NCBI GenBank assembly: GCA_024679065.1 | Contig: JAGIQG010000023.1 | Coordinates: 10,292,001 to 10,356,000 of the forward strand | Source: Sphyrna mokarran | Lineage: Eukaryota | Reading direction: 5' to 3' | DNA length: 64,000 nt | Shown: positions 35,753 to 49,832 of the stretch, piece by piece | Layout of the letters: every line of letters begins with the position of its first letter | How positions within the stretch are numbered: the first letter of the stretch is position 1 | Notes under the pieces: generated by a model | What the model was told of the DNA's origin: nothing | Databases searched by the model: none | The model's input: the letters and a program-made list of their open reading frames with translations, nothing else | Made by a program: the position numbers and the translations under genes

Positions 35753-36254
35753 TCAAGCTTTTAAGATCTTCCTCCATGTCAACTTTCTACATTTATTGCA
35801 ACATGACAAACGCAGAACATCAGGAATTACGGATACAGAGGGAATCTCATTGAAATAACTCTTCAATCTCCTCAGTATAAAGAAAGTTGTAATGAAAGTC
35901 TCCAATCTCAGTATCTTTGTGGAATCAATATTAAACAGAATGTGATTGAAACACAGCTCCGTACAAAGAACAGGATTTGAATTCCAAACTCTATTTCTGA
36001 CAATCGGACTCTGTTGACCCGACTGCAGAGAGTTCAGGTGCTTGTTGACAGAGCCAAGGTCAAATAAATCCCTAAATGTGTCCAAATGTTCGAGTGGAGT
36101 TTATCCAGCGTATCAGGGACATTTCCCAGTACGGATCACTGCAATAATTCTTGCTGGTTCAGACTCCAGGTGATGTCTCCAGTGACCGATCTCCTCACGT
36201 GTCACAGAATTCCCTTCAGCCAAGAACTGGGGGAGTTGCATTCAGCAGAGTGGA

Positions 36255-36575
36255 ATCATAGAATCATAGAAACTCTACAGTACAGAAAAATCAACCCCCC
36301 GAGTCTGCACCAACCACAATCTCACCCAATGCCCTCCTCATAAATCTCTACCAACTAATCCCCCTTTCCTATGAATCCCAGGACACTAAGAGCAATTTTT
36401 AGCATTGCCAGTCGATCTAATCCGCACATCTTTGGACTGTGGGAGGAAACCAGAGCACACGGAGGAAACCCATGCAGATGTGAAGAGAATGTGCAAACGG
36501 CACACAGACAGTGACACAGGAATTGAACCCAGGTCCCTGGAGTTTTGAAGTAGCAGTGCTAACCACTGTGCTACC
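36255..36575 (-). mobile_element. HE1-like V-SINE; duplicate at ~62210-62530
   Basis: Reverse complement of head (gctaaccactgtgct), core and tail (catagaatcatagaa). Confidence 0.85.
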
Positions 36576-38714
36576 TTTCTACCCTGTGGATGGAGGCGCA
36601 CAGAGCCAATGACAGTGTATCAGTCTGCCTGATACTCTCGATGCTCTGAATTTTAGGCTTGACATGGAAGCATGATTAGCAGCCTGGAGGCAGGTGTGGT
36701 ATCCACTGCTCAAGCCTCTGACCCCAATTCCATTCTGGCCGGCCAGTGGGAAACATGTGGGGAATGGCTCACTATTAACTTGTATGGGTGGCAGCAGGGC
36801 ATATACCAGGTGTAATGAGGTTTCTGGGGGACGGGGGGATTTGGAAGTGGAGACCAGGAAATTGTTGAGTCCAAGGCAGATGAGGAGTCTCTGGAGTTGT
36901 CCATCAGATGGCAGTTGTTGGATTTCCAACAAGATGCACAAGAAAATGTGGAAAAGATCCCTGAACATCTGTGTCCCATTGTCCCTGCGTTGGGTGCAGC
37001 ATGTGGAGTGTGAGCGCTGCATTGACCCTGCACTCTGAACACAGCCTCTTCCATAGAGAGAATGATGGCAGTCATGGACACATACTCAAAGGTTTCTGGG
37101 ATTGTGTTCAGACGTGCAAGCCAGCAAACTGGCCGTGACCACAGCAGCTCACTGCTAATGTGAGCAATGTGTGAACAAAAGCTGTTGTTTTTAATACTTA
37201 GGTGATTTTTGTGTTGTTCTGTGAACTGGGTTATGTATCTTTATATGTGACTAATAACCTTCAACTGGGACTAGTAATCTGCAGGATTAAGGATATCAAA
37301 GAAATCTGGGTGTGCAAGATGCACTTGGAGTAAATCTGGCCAAGTTGAATTTTCAGAAAGTAACTATGACATGGATAGAAATTTGCATTAGGAGATAAAG
37401 ACGTTTCTTGTGTTCAGCTGCTAAATTTAAAAGGGAAGTAAAAGGTTTTACAATTTGGAAAATGTTCTTAATAAATAACGCAAAGTTAATCCATTTTGTT
37501 TCACCCAAAAGTGGTATCATATGTTCTGAGAAATAGAAAATTTTAAGAAGTATAAGGAGAAAGGTAAAAAGATAAAAGAGAAAACAAGGGGACAATTCTC
37601 CCATCTCTCTGCACTACTCTATTCTGCCCAGTGGGTAGGCCATTTCGGGGGCTTCTTGCTGGACACTACGGCCTCCGGGAGTCTCCGTGTGTCAGGTTTC
37701 CAGCGCCGTCAGCTCTGCGTGATCTCTGGTGCAGAGCTGCATAACTTATTCAACTTGTCATTCAAATCCTATTTAAGTATTATTAGCAGGATCAGGACTG
37801 CGATCTCCGGGGCCTGTTAACCCCTTCCCCACACACCAGCAGTGTTTCATTCCAACCGAGTTTATTATAGTCCAACCCTCCCCCCACACTTGTGGGGATC
37901 TGGTCGCCCAACCCTTCTGGAACGAAGAGGGGTGGGGGTGTGGAGACAATTGAGACCACCCCCTCCCCCCCCCAAGAATGTGGCACTGTAATCTCCCACT
38001 CAGTCGAGGCCTGCACCAACTACACAGGCCAGGCTGCCAAGTTAATCAAGGTCTACAGGGCATCAGAGTCAGCCAGTTGCCTCCAACCAAACTGCCAGCA
38101 ATGGGGAACTACTGAGACATCAGGCTCACAAATACAAATGTAAGTCACTATGATGGCCCTCACCATTCCAGGGTATGCCCTGTCCCACCAGTGGGCAGAG
38201 CCAACAGAGGCAGCAGTGGCACAGTGATACATTTTCAGGAGCGAGTTACCCTGGGTGACCTCACCATTGGCTCTCTGCCCCTTTAATTGTGACGATACTT
38301 TTCCACATTCTGCGTCTACCAGCCGAACAAATTATTGTGAGATGATGCAATGATGTCATCCTCCAAACGTAATCGCCTGCAATTCCCAGGATGATCAGGT
38401 ATGCCACATGCCCACTTTCAGAGAGTAAAATTCAGTTCAAATGTTCAAACAATATGTCACTCACCAGGATCATTCATCACTATCTATGTCTTGGCAAATA
38501 CACGTCCCCATGTCACAGGGTGGTGAGTAGTTATATCCTCAATTTGGAATTGAATCCTGTTCCCAGTTACTCAATCACAATTTCCTTTGACTCAGAGCCT
38601 TCTCTCTGTGAATTGAGATCCTTTTCTGACTGAATTCTGCCCCAGAACGTGTGTGTGGATAAACGGAGTTGGGGGTGTTTTTCTGCTGCACATCAAGGAG
38701 CTCTGATCTCCTCC

Positions 38715-39600
38715 CTATCAAACTTCCCTGTCCCTATACTCAAATCCTCTCACTATGAAGGTCAACATACCATTTGCTTCTTTATTGTCTGCTGTACCTG
38801 GACACTTACTTTCAGTCACTGGCACACAAGGACAGCAAGACCTTGTTGAATATCCACATCTCTCAATTTACATCCATTCATCTTATTGTTACCCAGCTGG
38901 ATAATCTCACATTTATCCACATTATGTTGCATCTGCCATACAGATGGCCATGCACTCAGCCTGTCCAAATCACACTGAAGCATCGCTGCATCTTCCTCAC
39001 AGCTCACCCTCCCACCCAACTTTGTATCATCTGCAAATTTGGAGATAATACGTTCAGTTTCCTCTTCCAAATCATGTATGCATAATGTGAACAGTTGGGG
39101 TCCTACCACAGACCCCTGCAGCACCCCATTGCCTGGGTTCGATTCTCAGACTGGGGTTCGATTCCCAGCTCGGGTCACTCTCCGTGTGGAGTTTGCATGT
39201 TCTCCTCGTGTCTGCATAGGTTTCTTCCAGTTGCTCCAATCTCTTCCCACAGTCCAAAGATGTGCGGGTTGGATTGATTGGCCATGCTAAAATTGCCCCT
39301 TAGTGTTCTAAGGTGCTTAGGTTAGAAGAATTAGTGGGTAAAATATGTAAGGCTATGGGGATAGGGCCTGGGTGGGATTGTGTTCCATGCAGACTTTATG
39401 GGCCGATGGGCCTCTTTTTGCACTATAGGGTTCTATGGTTACTACGGTTACTACTAACTAACTGCCGATCAGAAAAAGGCGCATTTGTGCCGACACTTTG
39501 TTTCCTGTCTGCTGACCAGCTTTCTGTCCATCTCAATATATCACCTCAATCCCATGTGCTTTAACATTATGTAAATTGCTCTGGCTGTCATCTCCACACA
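38715..39600 (-). mobile_element. CR1 RT fragment with a nested HE1-like SINE (39150-39437, plus)
   Basis: QGSVVGPQLFTL..DLEE..ISKFADDTKLGG..LQCDLDRL. Absent from the homologous gene A upstream region. Confidence 0.8.
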
Positions 39601-39759
39601 CAATTAATTATAAAACTTGGCTTGGGTCAATACTATCCATAGCTCTGACTTTTTAATACCTTGCTTCCAGAAGTTTACTTTCTTTCAACAATAATTACTT
39701 CATCTGCTAAATGTAGCTGACAGAATTTCAGGTTCTGAGAAGCCTGACTTTGCAAAGTG

Positions 39760-39795
39760 GCTAACTGTGGTTTCATGACCCCATTTCCTGCTGTC
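39760..39795 (+). promoter_or_regulatory. Putative promoter of gene B (RUNX + ETS motifs)
   Basis: TGTGGTT 39766-39772 and TTTCCTG 39784-39790 at the same spacing as in gene A. Confidence 0.45.
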
Positions 39796-39904
39796 TTCTT
39801 CTTCATTTAATTTTCTGATACAATTTATTTTTGACATTTATTTCAGTGTGAGACAAGGAGCTGGGGGACCGACGACAAGCACTGACCTGATCTCCAACAC
39901 AACA

Positions 39905-39941
39905 ATGTGGATTTTGATTCTCCTTCTTTCCTCTCTGCCTG
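39905..39941 (+). CDS. Gene B exon: signal peptide (MWILILLLSSLP)
   Basis: ACAATG start, G|gtgagt phase-1 donor, paralog of 6978-7014. Confidence 0.88.
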
Positions 39942-40819
39942 GTGAGTAACAGCCAGAGCTGGATAGTCAGATAATCAGTGATAGTTTAACTCTAGTCTAC
40001 AGGTTATATAAATATGAGAGAGAGAGAGAGAGAGATGTTTAAATATTTGGAGACCTGTAAAAGCACAAAATGAGGATTTTTATTGCAATGGATAGAGTCT
40101 GTGGGGCAGATTCTCCGATCCTGCTCATAGCAGGGATTTTCCCATCCCACTGTAATGAAAGGAGATTTGTCTGAGCTTCTGATTCCCTGTCCTCTCTGGC
40201 AGCGGTGGTGGGACACGAACTGCCTGAGGATTCTGGCCCTCAGTCTCCTACTGTTTGTGGGAATGGAAGATGGGATGTAATGATGCCAAACAGGTTAACG
40301 ATGCCAAACAGGACTTGTGACCTGCAAATTCTTCCAATACAGTGAAGGCAAGAGAGAGAGATACACAATCAGCCATGTCTTGATGGGCAGTGGTGTCCCT
40401 CCTGCTACAGTCTCTGGATTCAGGCCAATGACCAGTTCTTGGTAGAATAAGGTACTGGGAACAGGCATACACATTTGCTGTATCTGCTTCATCTTTTTAT
40501 AGATTTGGGAAGTTGTCTGTATTTAAAGGAACAAATACTCAGCAAATATAAATCGCTAATATTTGTGAAATTTTATACAGTAACTCCTTGTAATTATATA
40601 TTGCATCATGGAAATATTTAGCAAATAAACAAAACAGCAACACGCATCGTGAATGGGAATTTGAGGACAATTTAATTTTTAATTTTCAATGAGCCACATT
40701 TTTAAAATGAAAGGCCTTTTTTATTTTGTATTCATTTTTTATTTATATTTTAGAATTATGAAGGCTGCAGCATTAATAACCCCACAAATACGTCTCAGCT
40801 TTATACAAGTTGAAAATAG

Positions 40820-41118
40820 GGGCAGCATGATGGCACAGTGGTTCTTACTGCTGTCTCACAGCATCAGGGAGCCAGGTTTGATTCCAGGCTTGGGAGACTG
40901 TGCAGAGTCCACATGTTCGCCCTGTGTCTGCATGGGTTTTCTCCAGGTGCTCTGCTTTTCTCCCACGTCCCAAAACATATGCTGGTTAGATGCATTGGCC
41001 GTGCTAAAATCTCCCTCGGTGTACCCAAACAGGCACCAGAATGTCACGCCAAGGGGATTTTCCACATTAACTTCATTGCAGTGCTAATGAAAGCCGACTT
41101 GTGACTAATAAATAAACT
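40820..41118 (+). mobile_element. V-SINE (cacattaacttcattgc tail)
   Basis: Head, core and tail match 12968 and 35458. Confidence 0.82.
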
Positions 41119-41789
41119 TCAGAGTTGATGAGATATTATTTTATGAACCTCTGTCAGTGTCACTGATCCTCATGGCAGATGATTGATCTATATTACTTTT
41201 CCCATAAACAATCTTTTTCTTCTAATTGTTTAAGTCAGTGGATTTTAGTTATTTGTGCTGCCCATTTTAATATGATAAGATTACGCTGCAGTGAGGTTTT
41301 GGCTAATGACCTCGATGCCATTAATGATGAAATATAATTTCAAACAAATGCGGTTACACTCCCAGTCCCAGCTACACTCAGCCTCTCTGTTAACTCATCT
41401 CTAATATTTCCTGGATCTAATTTCTCATATCCTCAGGCTTTCTCTCTAGTTCTTTAATTGTCTTGGAATCCCCCTCCTGTCATTTATTGTAAAATCTTTC
41501 TGAAATGTCAACTATATTGCTGTGGACCTGGAGTCACCTGTAGGCCAGATCGGGTAAGGAGGGCAGATTCCCTTCCCTTCAGGACATTAATGAATCAGAT
41601 GGGTTTTTATAACAATCGACAATGCTTTCCTGGTCATCAGCAGATTCTTCATTCCAGATTTTTTTTTATTGAATTTGAGTTCCAACATCTGCTGTGGTGG
41701 GATTCAAACCTAGGTCTCCAGATCATTGGCAGAGTTTCTGGATTAATTGCTTAGCGCTAATACCACGAGGCCATTGCCTCCCCTTATGT

Positions 41790-43590
41790 AAGAGTATGAA
41801 AGTCAGCTAGCAGTGAACATAATCACTGACTGTGAAAGTTTCTATATGTAAAGATATGTATAGAGAAAAAGATTGACTAAAACAAATGTCGGTCCTTACA
41901 GTCAGAAACAGGAGAGTTCATAATGGGGAATAAAGTGACGGCTGATGAATTAAATTTGTACTTTGCTCCAGTCTTCATAAAGGAAGATATGAATAATATA
42001 GCATAGGTTCAGAGAGAAACATGTTTAAGTGAGAAGCTGGAAGAAATCAGCATTCGTAGACAGTTTTGGGGAAATTGATAGGATTGAAGGTGGATAAATC
42101 TCCAGGTCCTGATAATCATCATCTCAGAGTACTTAAACAAATTGCCCAGGAAATAGTAGATCCATTAGCCATCATTTTCCAAATTCTTTAGACTCTGGAC
42201 TGGTTTCTACAGATTGGAGGATAGTTAACATAAGCCTGCAGTTCACAAAGGGAGTAAAGAGAAAACAGGGAACTATAGACCAATGAGACTAACATCAGTA
42301 TTGGGGAATTTGCTAGCATCGATTATCAAGGATTTCATAACTTGGCATTTGAAAGGCAGTGCTATCAGACAAAGTCAGCATGGATTTACAGAAGGGAAAT
42401 CATGCTTGATGAAACTATTAGAATTCTTTGAGGCTGTAACTAGTACATTTGGCTGAGGAGAACCAGTGGATGTGGTTTATTTAAGCTTTCAAAAGACTTT
42501 CGACAAGGACTCACATAACATACAAGTTTGTAAAATTAAAACACATAGGATTGTAGTCGTCTCGAAATGGATAGAAATCTGATTAGCAGATAGGAAGCAA
42601 AGATTTATTGGCAGTCAGTGACTAATGGGATCTGCAGGCATCTGTGCTAGTACCCCAATTGTTCACATCATATATTAATGATTCTGAACAGAGAACTGAA
42701 TGTATTACCTCCAAGTTTACAGATGATACAAAATTAGGTACGATGAGCTGTGAGGAGGATACAGAGATGTTTCAGCTTGATTTGGACAGGCTGAGTATAT
42801 CAGCATCTACATGACAGATACAGTACAACGTGGATTAATGCGAGGTTATCCACTTTGATAACAATAATAGGAAGATAGATTACAACTTGAATGGATGTAA
42901 ATTGAAAGATGTGGATACTCAGCAAGACCTTAAAGTCTTCGTCCACCAGTCGCTGAAAGTAGCACACAGACACAGCAGGCAGTAGAGAACGCCATCATAT
43001 CGAGAGGATTTAACTATATTGCTCGGGATGTTTTACTGCAATCGCATACATGAGACCACAACTACAGTATTCTGTGCAGTTTTGGTGGAAGATATCTTTG
43101 CTACAGAGGGAGCACAGCGAACGTTTACCAGGCTGACTCTTGGGATGGCAGGTCTGTCATATGAGAGGAGACTAAGTCAGTTAGATTTATATTCACTAGA
43201 ATTTAGAAGACTGAGAGGGGGTCTCATAGAAACTTATAAAATTCAAACAGGATTAGAAACAGTAAATTCACTGAGAATGTTCCCAATGATGGGGGAGCCC
43301 TGAACTAGGAGGTCATAGTTTAAGGGGTAAATATTTTCAAACTGAGGCGAGGAGAAATTTTTTCACCCAGAGGATGGTGAACGCAGAATTCACTCCCACA
43401 GAATGGAATTGAAGCCAAAATATTTTAAGAAGAAATTGGATATAGTTCTTGGGGCTAAGGAGATCAAACGGATATGGGGGGAAGAGGGAATCAGTATATT
43501 GAACTCAATGATCAGCAATGATCAAAATGAATGGTGGAACAGGCTTGAAGGGCCGAATGCCCTACTCCTGTTTCTAGTTTCTATGTTTCT
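41790..43590 (+). mobile_element. Degraded 5'-truncated CR1 LINE
   Basis: Remnants of DKSPGPD, NYRP, QHGF..GKSC, KF.DDTK and GLSYERRL..LYSLEFRRLRG.LIETYKI. Tail tttctatgtttct. Confidence 0.85.
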
Positions 43591-44112
43591 TCGGTCCTGC
43601 TCAGTGATCAGTCTCCAAGTTTCTGAATCTCCTCTGGCCAATCCTCAATCTCTTTCCTTTCTATGTTTGTCAGTAATGTTCTCATCATCTCCAATTCATC
43701 CTACAGTACATGTTATAGCAACAAAGTTGAGAAGATGGAAAATGTGCTGAATCCTCACACAACACAACACTTCCAGTTTTCCACACTCCCTTCATTCCCC
43801 TATCACCCTCCCCAGACCACAATACCCCCAAGCCCGCCAAAGGCAAACAAAAAGGACTCCGTTTCCCCAAAGTCACCCAAACCTCCCCCTGATTTCCACT
43901 CACCTCCCCAGGAAGCATCTAATCCCAACAGACCTCCAGCCATTCCCCAAGGTTACCCATCACCAAGGCCTGCAAAAATCAACCCTGCGACATTCCCAAT
44001 CCATCCACAATCTGAATATCCCTTCTTGCCAGCATCAAATTCATGTCTAACTCCCAACACACCCACTGGCAGTGCCGCAAAATTCTCAGGTCTGTACAAG
44101 GGTCTAAAAGAT

Positions 44113-44385
44113 AAACTTTATTAACTAGCCATAAGTGTGGCTTATATTAACACTGCAATGAAGTTACTGTGAAAGGTCTTTAGAAACCGCACTCCGGCAC
44201 CTGTTCAAATCAATGCACCAAATCAGCACATCTTTCAGAATGTGGGAGGAAACCAGAGCACCTGGAGGAAACCCACACAAACACAGGGAGAATGAACAAA
44301 CTCCACATGAATAGTGATCCACATCGGGAATCGAACCTAGATCCCTGGTGCTCTGAGACAGCAATGCCAACCACTGTGCCGCCCC
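44113..44385 (-). mobile_element. V-SINE
   Basis: Reverse-complement head ccactgtgccgccc and tail cactgcaatgaagttactgtg. Confidence 0.82.
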
Positions 44386-44689
44386 ATGTCTATTTCTACG
44401 TGCAATATCTTTTGATGAAGTTACACACTGGAGTGAAACCCCAGCGTGAGGCAGAACCTCAATTTCTAGCTCCTTTACAATCTCCCAGCTCCAACCTGTG
44501 AGTCTAGAAAATACCCCAAATGTTTCAAAAGCAAACCATTGACTGTGAAATACTTTGGGACACTCTGAGTTTGTGGAAAGTCTCTATTTAAATGATTATG
44601 TTAATCCGCATGGAATTTAACTCATAAGAATGTACGTATTTGAATGAAGCAATTACTTCTGTTCAATTTCTGAATTGTTGTTTCCTCAG

Positions 44690-45004
44690 TTTCAGGTGCA
44701 TTGTGGGCAGAAAAGAGATTCAAAGGAGTTGTGGGAAGAGAGATTTCAATAAATTGTCACTATGGTGCAGGGTACGAGTCACATGTTAAATATTGGTGTC
44801 ACGGCTGGACTCGCCATTGTACAGTTGTAGCAACAACAAACTGGCAAAATGAAAAAATATCAATCAGAGATAACAATTCACAAAGAATATTTGTTGTCAC
44901 TGTGAAGAATCTTCGCTCAGGAGATGCAGGATGGTACTGCTGTGGGATTGAAAAAGCTGGGGATCTCGATCCACTGTATGCTGTCGAGCTTCAAATATCT
45001 TACG
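44690..45004 (+). CDS. Gene B exon: V-set Ig domain (CD300/pIgR-like)
   Basis: tttcctcag acceptor, 315 nt, phase 1-1, G|gtacat. VSGALWAEKRFKGVVGREISINCHY...KYWCHGWTRHC...DAGWYCCGIEKAGDLDPLY. Confidence 0.9.
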
Positions 45005-45734
45005 GTACATTTCTAAGTGATTATCTGTATTCACCTCGACTGAAATATTCGATCCATGTTTTATCCGTGGGGAAACGTAGACAGCTCCGATATTCCGAGC
45101 AGTACAGAGTCTGGTAGCTAGAAGGCAGAGGTCAGGGAAACTGACTTATGTTACATAAATCCAATGTTGGGAGTTTGCATTCAGAAAACAAGTAAAATTT
45201 GGGCAATAACAACAGTTTTGTGGTCATCTGTAGATTCTATATCCCAGTTATTTTTTATTGAATTCGCATTCTGCCATCTGCCATGGCAGGATTCAAACCC
45301 AAATCCCCAGAACATTCACTAAGTTTCCAAACAGTCCAGCAATAATACCACTAGGCCATCACCTCCCCTATGGAATCCCTCCAAAGAATTGACCAAGATC
45401 CAAAGGCTTCCTGATATAATGGGTGATTCAAGATATTGAGGTCATCCGAACAGAGTCCAAATTTACAAGTGAATTAACCTGGAGTTGTCATATTGTCTGG
45501 ATGGTAAAAGCAACCTCTTTATCAACTGTTGAGACACTAGCTCGATTTTCATTCCGGAGGCAGGTCGGGGAAATTTCGAAAAATACCAACCCAACCTGCC
45601 TGCCTCGCGAGAAACTGCCCACGAATGATGAGATCATCATTGCTACGGGGGCTGGGGTAGGGGAATGTTGGTTGTGGACTGGATACAGGCCAGCCGGGCA
45701 CAGGAAGATTGGCACAGAGAGTCAAAGTTTAAAA

Positions 45735-46030
45735 AGTTTTATTTATTAGTCACAAATAGGCTTACAATAACACTATAATGCAGTTATGTGAAAATCCTCT
45801 AGTCACCATACTCCAGCGTCTATTCGGGTACACTGAGAGAGAATTTAGCATGGCCAATGCACCTAACTTGCATGTCTTTCGGACCTTGAGAGGAAACCAG
45901 AGTACCCGAAGGAACCCATGCAGACATGGGGAGAACGTGCAAACTCCACATAGACAGTGACCCAAGCCTGGAATCGAACCCAGGTCCCTGACATGGTGAG
46001 GCAGCAGTGCTAACAACTGTGCCACGTGGT
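45735..46030 (-). mobile_element. V-SINE
   Basis: Reverse-complement head, core and tail. Confidence 0.82.
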
Positions 46031-46729
46031 GTGGTGACAGGCTGTTTAAAATGTTCCCCCTCATACCATGGGATTTTGTCCCAGGAAAAACGAAGGGCCC
46101 TCCATCCGTCATCTCTCACAGCACACAAAAGATGTGAATGGTTGGGAAGGGCTTGGCTGGAAGAGTCATTGGGGGCATAGGGTTTGGGCAAAAGGGCAGA
46201 ACAAAGGTCTGACTGGGTGTGGGTAAAGGAGCATTTGCTTCATGAGAGGACATGGAGAGTGGCAGAGCGGACGAGCAGGAACCTTTGTTTTAACTTTGCT
46301 TAACTTAAAACAACTCGGTGAAAATCCCGCTCATTATCCCGAGCAAACCTCCAGATCAGAATCAAAATCATTGCTATTTTCACAGGGGCTACTTGAGATT
46401 TGTTCATGGGTAATGTTTTGATTTTAAGAGCCAATCTTATGAATTTTGGGTATTCATTTTTCATTCTGATTTACTCCTTTACTCAGTGATGGAATTGTCA
46501 GATTAGATTCTGAATTCATGTTCATTTTTAGAGTTTCTTCATTGTGTATTGACATCATTAAATCTTTCAATTTTAACTCCAAAGAAATAATACTTGATTA
46601 TTTATTATAAATGAATCTCCCATTCTTGATTTCCAAACTGAAGATTCTAGATATTCGCCAAAGGTAACTGATTAGGAATGATTCTCAGGTGTACAGCCCT
46701 GGGCAGTGGGAAGGGAGGAGGTGAAAGGT

Positions 46730-47037
46730 ATCATAGAATCTCATAGAATCCCTACAATATAGAAAGAGCCCATTTGGCCCATCGAGCCTGTAACAACCAC
46801 AATCCAACCACTATCCCTATATCCCCACATGTTTACCTTGCAAATCTCCGGATACTAGGGTCAATTTAGCATGGCCAATCAATCTAACCTGCGCATCTTT
46901 GGATTGTCGGAAGAAAATGCAACACTCAGAGGAAACCCACGTAAGATGCGGAGAGAATGTGCAAATTCCATACAGACGGTGACCCAAGCCAGAATCAAAC
47001 CTGGGTCCCTGGCACTGTGGAGCAGCAGTGCTAACCC
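46730..47037 (-). mobile_element. HE1-like V-SINE
   Basis: Reverse-complement core and catagaatc tail. Confidence 0.82.
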
Positions 47038-47299
47038 ATACAGGTGTTGTAACTCCTGCTCCTGAATGAGAAGATATTTTCTCTAAGTTGCTAAAATTAA
47101 ACATATTGTAGAAAGATTTTGTCTGTTGTGCGGTTTGACAATGCGACAGACTGACTGACTGACATTCTATTTTCACTGTCCAAGATCAGTTTATGTTTCT
47201 GCTGTCTAACTATGTGCTGCATCTCTCTTTGGAAAGCTGGTTTGAAGATGTAACATTTGACAGTGCTTATAGCAAATCCCCTCATTATTACAAAAATAG

Positions 47300-47480
47300 G
47301 AAAATGCTGGAAAATCTCAGCAGGTCTGACAGCACGTGGAGAGAAAATAGCACCAATGTTTCGAGTGCAGATGACCCTTGGTCAGAGCTGGCTAAAGGTC
47401 ATCTAGGCTTGAAATGTTGGTTCTATTCTCGCTCCACAGATGCAATCAGATCTGCAGAGATTTTCTAACACTTTTCTGTT
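47300..47480. repeat. Palindromic Penelope-like element (half copies near 28215-28290 and 54325-54375)
   Basis: gaaaatgctggaaaatctcagcaggtctga... folds onto ...tcagatctgcagagattttctaacacttttc. Confidence 0.65.
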
Positions 47481-48924
47481 TTTGATTTCAGCATCTGCAG
47501 TATTTGCTAATATTCTGTGTCAAATGAAAGAATTTCAGATTTAAAAAATGGGTCTGTTGCAATCAGCAAAGTAGATTGAACCCATTCCGCTTTGTCGAAA
47601 TTAAGCTAATGAGAAGCTGATGGTCTCTAATTTTGTGTTTTATTAATTTTATTGAAAAACTGCCCATTTAACGAGGTGCTTCGAGATTTGCAAAATAGTT
47701 GCAGAGGTTTTATCGTAGAGAAGGCGAAACAATAAAAACTCACACAATTCTGATCATCATTGATTTACGTTCAAAACTCATCAGCTGCCCCACTACACCA
47801 GCAGTGATCAGCTCAGAGCAGGACCCTATATATTGTTTGAGAGCATTATGCAGCAACAAACAATATTAAGAATAACAATAGTGAATAACGTAAAGCTGGA
47901 CAAATGTATCTCAAAATCTCATGTGACATGTGTGATAAGTGACTGAGTTTGCAACACCTGTTTCCTGTGCCGTACACCAACCTTTTTCCAACTCACAACC
48001 GAAAATATGTACTTCCTCATCGCAATAGAGAGAGTTCCAGACACATAGGGTGTAATCTTACTGCCATGCTCTCACTGCAGCGGGATTGGAAAATCCTACT
48101 GGTATGAGAAGTTGGAAAATTCCGGTCATAATTCCGTTCCCGGACTCACGTCTCATCAGATCGCAAGACTAATGGTACGGTGATCGCATGATAAGAGTGG
48201 ATGTACGTCTCTCTTTTTCTCACACAATTGATTACAACAGCTTTGGAAATTTAAAAGGATGAACGTGCCAATTTAGTTTAGGAGCTTTAACTTTTCACAT
48301 GCTGATTACAAAGAAGTCAGTCAGTTTCCATAATTTCTATAGGAAATTTAGTTTACTGGAAATTGACGGTCTTTGGTTTTGAGTTTTAATAATTTTATTG
48401 GAAAACTGCCCATTTCAACAGATTTACTAAATAGGTATAAATTTTCTATTGTACAGGAAGGTGCAGCAATAAAAACTCACACAATTCTGATCATCATTGA
48501 TTTATGTTCAAAACTCAAAAGGAACTGTGCGGACAGTTAACACGAGGAAGAAATTTCCCAATGGAGCTTCATAAAGTGTCATTGACATGCCAACTGAGGT
48601 TTTCAGTTAGCAATGCAGACAGGCCACACTGTCCAGTCAGGAATCAGGGTCAGGCAGCTGTGGGATTTTCAAGAATGAAGTAAACTCACCTGGGTTTGCC
48701 CCTCTCTGTCTCCATTCTCAGATCAGCAAGTCCCACCTCAGCCAGGTGAGACCCTCCAGCACCAGGGTCCCACCCACTCTCCCTGATTGGATAATGAGCT
48801 TGTCCCTGGCCTTTAATTGGCTGGAGCATTGGAAATTGCAATGAGCATGCCTAAAGTGTGACGTGCGGCATCTGGGCCCAGACTCTCTCCCGTTTCCCAT
48901 TCCCAAACCCTGATTAAGTATTTT

Positions 48925-49380
48925 CTTCATTCATTCATTCATTCATGGGATTTGGGCATCGCTGGCTGGCCAGCACTTTTTGTCCATCCCTACTTGCCCT
49001 TGAGAAGGTGGTGGTGAGCTGCCTTCTTGAATCGCTGCAGTCCACGTGCTGTGGGTTGATCCACAATGCTATTAGGGAGGTAATTTCAGAATTTTGATCC
49101 CGCAACTGTGAAGGAACGGTGATATATTTCCAAGTCAGGATGATGAGTGGCTTGCAAGTGGTGGTGTTCCCAGGTATCTGCTGCCCTTGTCCTTCTAGAT
49201 GGAAGCAGTCGTGGGTTTGGAAGGTGCTGCTTAAGGATTTTTGATTCATTGCGGAACTTGTAGATGGTAAACAATGCTGTGACTGAGTGTCGGTGGTGGA
49301 GGGGATGGATGTTTGTGGATTTGGTGCCAATCAAGCAGGCTGGTTTGTCCTGGATGGTGCCAATTGTGTTGGTATCCATC
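48925..49380 (-). mobile_element. LINE 3' fragment (CR1/L2-like) inserted in the intron before the gene B C2 exon
   Basis: IQDKPACLIG..NIHPLHHRHSV...LPSRRTRAAD, tail (tgaa)n. Interrupts a block homologous to 16080-16270. Confidence 0.75.
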
Positions 49381-49508
49381 CCATGGAGGAGTAGAAGTCA
49401 GATTCCAACATGGTTAACCACGCCTGAGGTTCTGAGGGGCAGAGAGCAGGAGAGTATTTTATTTTTAGATGTTCAGTCAGTGTCTAAATGTTTGCTTCTT
49501 CTCCACAG

Positions 49509-49832
49509 AACCTGTGTCTGTTCCTGAACTTAAATTTCTATCACCACCAAATGCCTCATGTTCTGGGGGCTCAGTGTCCGTCTCCTGTGAGTCTCTCCAG
49601 GGATCACTTCCCATTCAGTACACGTGGTATGAAAAGGCCCCGTCTGGAGATTCAAAGATCTCTAACACCAATAAACTGGATCTACATTGTGAACGCTTCA
49701 AACAGCAACGTCATCAATATTACTGCACAGCCTCAAATAACCAGGGAGACAAATCCAGTAAAATGGTTACAGTGTCAGCGATCAACAGAACAGGGGAGAA
49801 CTACAGTTATGAGATTCAAATCACAAGCAATG
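49509..49832 (+). CDS. Gene B exon: C2-type Ig domain
   Basis: ctccacag acceptor, 324 nt, G|gtaagt. EPVSVPELKFLSPPNASCSGG...YYCTASN...ENYSY. Confidence 0.9.

Larger units (their letters stand above)
28252..38023 (+). repeat. Segmental duplication, copy 1 (TM exon, terminal exon, intergenic DNA)
   Basis: Colinear near-identity with 54341-63990. Many ORF-track translations are identical at offset 25,956. Confidence 0.95.

Noticed and set aside
31137-38143. Many 60-150 aa ORFs 'conserved' with 57124-63956
   Set aside because: Their identity reflects the recent segmental duplication. They overlap SINE/LINE debris and show no recognisable domains.
43663-44124. Pro-rich 153-aa ORF as a mucin-like exon
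   Set aside because: C-rich low-complexity intronic sequence without convincing splice sites or a paralogous exon in gene A.
13969-45004. V exons as rearranging Ig/TCR/NAR V segments
   Set aside because: Each V exon encodes its own G strand and ends in a splice donor with no heptamer-spacer-nonamer after it. The CACAGTG-like words I noticed lie mostly in SINE heads.
47620-48520. Local ~150-bp direct repeat (47620-47780 vs 48380-48520)
   Set aside because: A real but small intronic duplication with no coding or structural signal that I could support.
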